DNA of 64,000 nucleotides, taken from assembly GCF_024521635.1 (NCBI RefSeq), contig NW_026250439.1, positions 1 to 64,000 on the forward strand. Reading direction: 5' to 3'. The position numbers were made by a program, and so were the translations under genes. Below, piece after piece: positions 59,859 to 64,000 of this stretch. This stretch comes from Tricharina praecox. Taxonomy: Eukaryota. A model generated the notes under the pieces. The model searched no databases. It worked only from the letters and a program-made list of their open reading frames with translations, and was not told the origin of the DNA. Position 1 is the first letter of the stretch, and the number at the start of each line of letters is the position of its first letter.

Positions 59859-59903
59859 CAGTGTTCTCGATACTCCGGTCCAGACTGCAGTCCGGACGGG
59901 ACG
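59859..59903 (+). mobile_element. Solo transposon end related to the 4906-5289 element
   Basis: CAGTGTTCTCGATACTCCGGTCCAG shares the CAGTGTTCTC...TCCGGTCCAG terminus of the MITE-like element. Confidence 0.45.
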
Positions 59904-60213
59904 CAATCTTCTTGACTATGGTGGACTTGCCAGTTCCGCAATTGCGAATAATCACCTCGTATTCCGAGCCAATGGTGAGGTTGTTCTGAACCATATGCAA
60001 TACAGCCGGACGCTCCATGATGTCGGCAGGACCCAAAACCGCAATTGGCTGAAAGGCGGCGTATATGTTTTTCTGCGGGTGTTTCTTGCGCCAGTAGGCG
60101 TATCCGGCGTCCACAGTTAGCAAAGCGACCGCATAACTACCCAGGACAAGACCAGATATTCTAGTAGCTGGAGGTTGGGAAAAGGAATCAATCCGGATGT
60201 TTGCCATTCTCAC
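59900..60213 (-). pseudogene. Fragment of a membrane-anchored P-loop ATPase gene, cut off just after Walker A
   Basis: Hydrophobic segment (GLVLGSYAVALLTVDAGYAYW), then MERPAVL...YEVIIRNCGTGKSTIVKKIAS; coding character appears to stop at the TIR-like sequence. Confidence 0.55.
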
Positions 60214-60378
60214 GTCGCCTTATTAAGCCAAATCCACGTTTCGGCGCCGTTCGCATCTTCATCTTCGCCTGTTCTCCGCTCGCGGCGGCCCCCTGCGTGG
60301 GTTCCCCGCTCATGGTAGCCACCGGCACTGGCACTAGCGTATCGGACGCGAGCAACAGTATTACAGCCACCTCGGAGG

Positions 60379-60835
60379 CAGGCCTGGGAATCGTCCGTCC
60401 CGTCCGTCCGAGGCTGTGTCCCGGACAAGACGGAATTTGTCGGGCGCGGAATAGCAATGACTATAGGGCTCCGGGCAAGCCGGAGGTCTACTGGGGCCCC
60501 ATTCGGGCCCGGAAATTGTGGCGCTAATACTAGCCTTGGGCAGTGGCATAGTGGCGCCGTGGCTCAGCAGGCAGAAATGACGGCAAGGAGCACACGAGTA
60601 AGGAGTTGACCGCACGGTGAGGAGTTAGACGGCTAAGGATCTGGCAGGACGGCGAAAAATGGGCACTCCCGTATCCGATCGGATGCAAATTTTCACTGGC
60701 CACAATTTTGCGGCAAGCCGGCACCGTACACTTAGTAGCCAGCCGCTTCCGTACTAAAAAATCCCGGGCCCCGGGCTTTTTGGACCTGGGAGCCCGACTC
60801 GTCCGGCCAAATCCTCGCCCCGGACAAGACGGGTA
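60379..60835. mobile_element. Probable DNA-transposon terminal fragment
   Basis: Starts CAGGCCTGGGAATCGTCCGTCCCGTCCGTCCG; direct repeat CCCGGACAAGACGG near 60420 and 60820; CCGG-rich; sits between two unrelated gene fragments. Confidence 0.4.
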
Positions 60836-60847
60836 GACCCTCGGTAC

Positions 60848-62500
60848 CACTTCTATGGAACACTTGGGGCTGGGAAGTCGCACCTGCTCGCTGCGCTTAC
60901 CTGTCTCCTCATGCGCGAGGGAAAGCGTGTGATGTTCATCCCGGACTACAGTGAGCTCTTGATGAACCCAGCACAGTACTTTTCGCACCGCGTTGCAGTT
61001 GACGTTCGATAATCACGAACGCATTGAGCCTGAACTTAAAGCACTGCGTCGTCAGCACTCAGAACAGTCCACTTCACTCAAGCGGATGACTGGTTTATGT
61101 GAGGGGCTGTCCGAGCATGGTGATTACGTTCTCTTCATCGTTGACCAGGCAGATGCGGTCGATGATGCTCCACCGGGAATGCCACGCTTCTCGAACGAGA
61201 ACCAACACGTTGTTCGCTCGTTTTTCGACACTGCCATGTCCTCACATATGAAGTTGGCAGGCTACACTGCCAACTACAAGTACGCTCAGGTGGATGAAGA
61301 TTGTCAGACGTCTGAAAAACGTGTTCAGCTCTACCATGGTTTGAAAAATGTAGGAGATTGCGTTCCGGTGTGGTCATGCATGTCGCTAACTGTTAATAGG
61401 AAGAGATGAAGGCCTTGTGGGGGAACCATGGGGGAGCTCTGTCCAAACAATTACATCCGCCAATTCCGTTCAGCAAAGCTGAGAAGAAGTACCTAGAAGA
61501 CTTAACTGGCAGAATGCCTCTCTTCCTTCGATTGCTGGGTGACACTACGCCCGAAAGCAGAATCCAGCTAACCATCGAGGCGCAGGGACCTCTCGGTCTT
61601 GCCGACATCGTCAAAGCCCGTGGATCTCCCGATCTTGCTGAAATTCCGCCACGGCTCACCCAAATTTACGACCGTGTTTGGAAGTCCGACGAAGTTCGTA
61701 CGGTGGTTCGGCATATCACCAGGTTTTGGGAGAACAATCGAACCCAATTAGCCGTCGAATAGATGAGGGCGTAAGTCCTCCCTACCCTACCATCTACGAC
61801 TCGCGCAGACAAAGTAGGGGTGCTGACGGACGGGCACGTGCTAGATACACTGACGCAATGCTTGCCTGTGTGACCAACCGCGAAGTGGATGCTGGAGCTT
61901 CCGATCTCCTAGACTCGCGGTACTTTTTCGTTGATCGGGAAGGCATTGGGCATGCTACCTGCGGCTTTTCCTGGCAGGTTGCCAAGGGTTTACTCCTTAA
62001 CGTTTTCAATATCAGCGACTTCCCCGATACGCTGTGGGAGGCCAACTTGATACTCAGTGGTGGCAAGAATCGATCCGTGCTAGGTTTCCATGTCGAATGC
62101 CTCGTCCTCAGAAAGATTATCAATGAGGGGTGTCCGGCAGCAGGCCCAGGGTTTGAGGGCCGCGGGAGTCATTCGGTTTTCGGGGAAGACCTGCCGCCGC
62201 CGGTGAATGATGATTTCGAGGGCTGGAGGCTGTATATTCCATCAGCCTACAATTTCCGACCCGTCGATGGCATCCTGGTGTAGCGCGCGGAGGAGAAGAA
62301 GACGGAAAATGACGCCACAGGGAAGGCGGAAGTTAGTACCATCAACAAAGCCGTTGTGGTTGGGATCCAGATAACCATAGCTGGTTCGCACCGCGATTCC
62401 GAGGGGATGTTCTTCCGCAAATGACACCAGTGGGCGGCGACTTTGAGATGTGACAAGATCAAACTTTGGTTCTTATGAATCGTGCAGTACACTTGCGGCA
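60848..62500 (+). pseudogene. Crinkler-associated-type P-loop NTPase plus PD-(D/E)XK restriction-endonuclease-fold gene, 5'-truncated and decayed
   Basis: FYGTLGAGKSHLLAALTCLLMREGKRVMFIPD (Walker A); VLFIVDQ (Walker B); TGRMPLFL; DSRYFF; C-terminal LYIPSAYNFRPVDGILV...VVVGIQITIAGSHRDSEGMFF (D...Q-x-T nuclease-fold pattern). Frameshift near 60980; stops at 61760, 62281, 62422 and 62476; introns near 61330-61400 and 61771-61845. Confidence 0.7.
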
Positions 62501-64000
62501 GGCTATACGAATAATTAATTCCCGCAGAGTTAAGGAGTGGCGGCACGGTTACGTTGGTACCGGAGTTCACAAGGCTAGTGGCTTCAGTCACGGATGTGGC
62601 ACCGAGTGTCGGTGGGAGTCTGGAGAAGGCCAACAAAAGTCGGTGGGCAACAGCGCAACGGTAATGGTCTGTATGAACGCAATTTCTGTTTGTTTTTATT
62701 CATTTTCTGAGGCTGCATGTGATTCATCGGAGGCGCGCGGGAGTAGTTCGAGGATTCGATTCGGTGCTGCGTATTACTTTCTTGGGGTTCTTCGTATTTG
62801 TGGCGATGGCGGTGTGATGTGCAGTCTGTTCGCGGAGGTGGATAATCCAGGATTGTGCCGAGATGATTAAATGGAAGAAAATGCGAGCCGAAATAATGGG
62901 ATAGCGGGGCGCGCCTAGTCTCTAAAAGGAAGGGACACCTCGGCGTGAGGGAGCGCGGTAGCTGCGTCTGCTATTCATACCGCACCTTTGGATTCAAGAA
63001 CTTTCGAAAAATAGCCCATTTGTTCTTTTATTGCACGTAGTTGCTCCCTCTTACGGCTGGCTTTACGATTGGCACCTAGAATGAAAAGACGCACCACGGG
63101 ATATACAATGGAAAGACAAAGGAGAGAAGACAAACAAAATCCCGAAAGAATTCCCTTCCTTCCCCTCCTATTTCGCTCCCCCGGAGAGGTCAGTAGGGCT
63201 GGAGACAGGGTGGAACAAAGGTTGTATCAGTTCCTGTCACCGCCATAACCTCCCCATCCACCTCTCTCTCCTCCCCCAAATTTTCCTTGCGTTCCCTCTG
63301 AGGACGTGCTACCCAGCTCTTCCTTCACTGAGGGCGCCAGCCTCTCGCATTTGTGGTTGGCAGCAACTGCAGCATGGACTTACAGTACTGTTCGACCGTT
63401 AACTTTCCGTCTATGTTGTGTAGCTCTTGCAGGTCGAGTGACTTGTGAAACAATAACGAGTGATTGGCAGTGCGACAAACGAGCGAGCAACAGTGATGTT
63501 GATTGTTATGTTTGTCTGATTGATTGTTCAAGGGTATCTCTCGTTTGCTTGTTTCCTTGTCACGAGTTTGTTTCACAGTTTGTGTTTGTTTCACAGCCGA
63601 CTCGCATATTGCTGATTTCTGTCGTCATCACTGTTGATTGCTCTCTCTGCTGTACGATTGAGGATCTGCTGTCTTGGTACCTATAAAAGGGCCTGATCCT
63701 GGGCACCTAGCTAGACTTCCATCTTAGATATCTTCTTCAGTCGAAAACTATCTCCATTACCTACCACCAACAGTTCAACAAGTAATTGCAGAGCAGAGCG
63801 AGTGGCAGTCTATGCGATCTTACAAGTGTCAGCTCATGCACCCGTGCTATACCCATTCGTCAGAGATGAGGGTAACAGCAGCTAATTCAATAGATGTGTA
63901 GTGTGCTATCATCTGTTTCTATAATATTGGAAAGTACGTCTGGACTGCTAACAGAGGATGGGATACGAATTACATTTGCTGTTTACAAGGTGCGAATTCC

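Overview
Eukaryotic sequence from a filamentous ascomycete. Evidence: short GT..AG introns with CTAAC/CTGAC branch sites, a Zn2Cys6 factor, fungal NLRs and an intron-containing tRNA. A Pezizomycete origin is a guess, not shown by the sequence. The window has three zones. (1) 1-36 kb is gene-poor and accessory-like: the 5' end of a GH31 alpha-glucosidase, a BED-finger gene beside a MITE-like element and a LINE remnant, microsatellites, two small secreted-protein genes, an intact GH28 endopolygalacturonase, two decayed NLRs (NACHT-ankyrin and HeLo-NB-ARC-TPR), and a membrane-protein gene broken only by one in-frame TAG. (2) 37-52.7 kb is a compact housekeeping block: DOM34, a Tim17-like membrane protein, a NUDT19-like Nudix hydrolase, IMPDH, IQGAP and tRNA-Asp. 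(3) 54-64 kb holds a Upc2-like Zn2Cys6 factor, a Thr-rich secreted protein with a PAN/Apple-like domain, and a mosaic of TIR-like ends joined to P-loop NTPase / Crinkler-like nuclease fragments. Best leads: a candidate UAG-to-UGG A-to-I editing-dependent gene, a candidate amyloid-signalling motif spliced onto the NACHT NLR, transposon-end-associated shuffling of NTPase/REase modules, and a 2x8-Cys secreted protein. All gene models and family calls were made by eye; no database searches were run.
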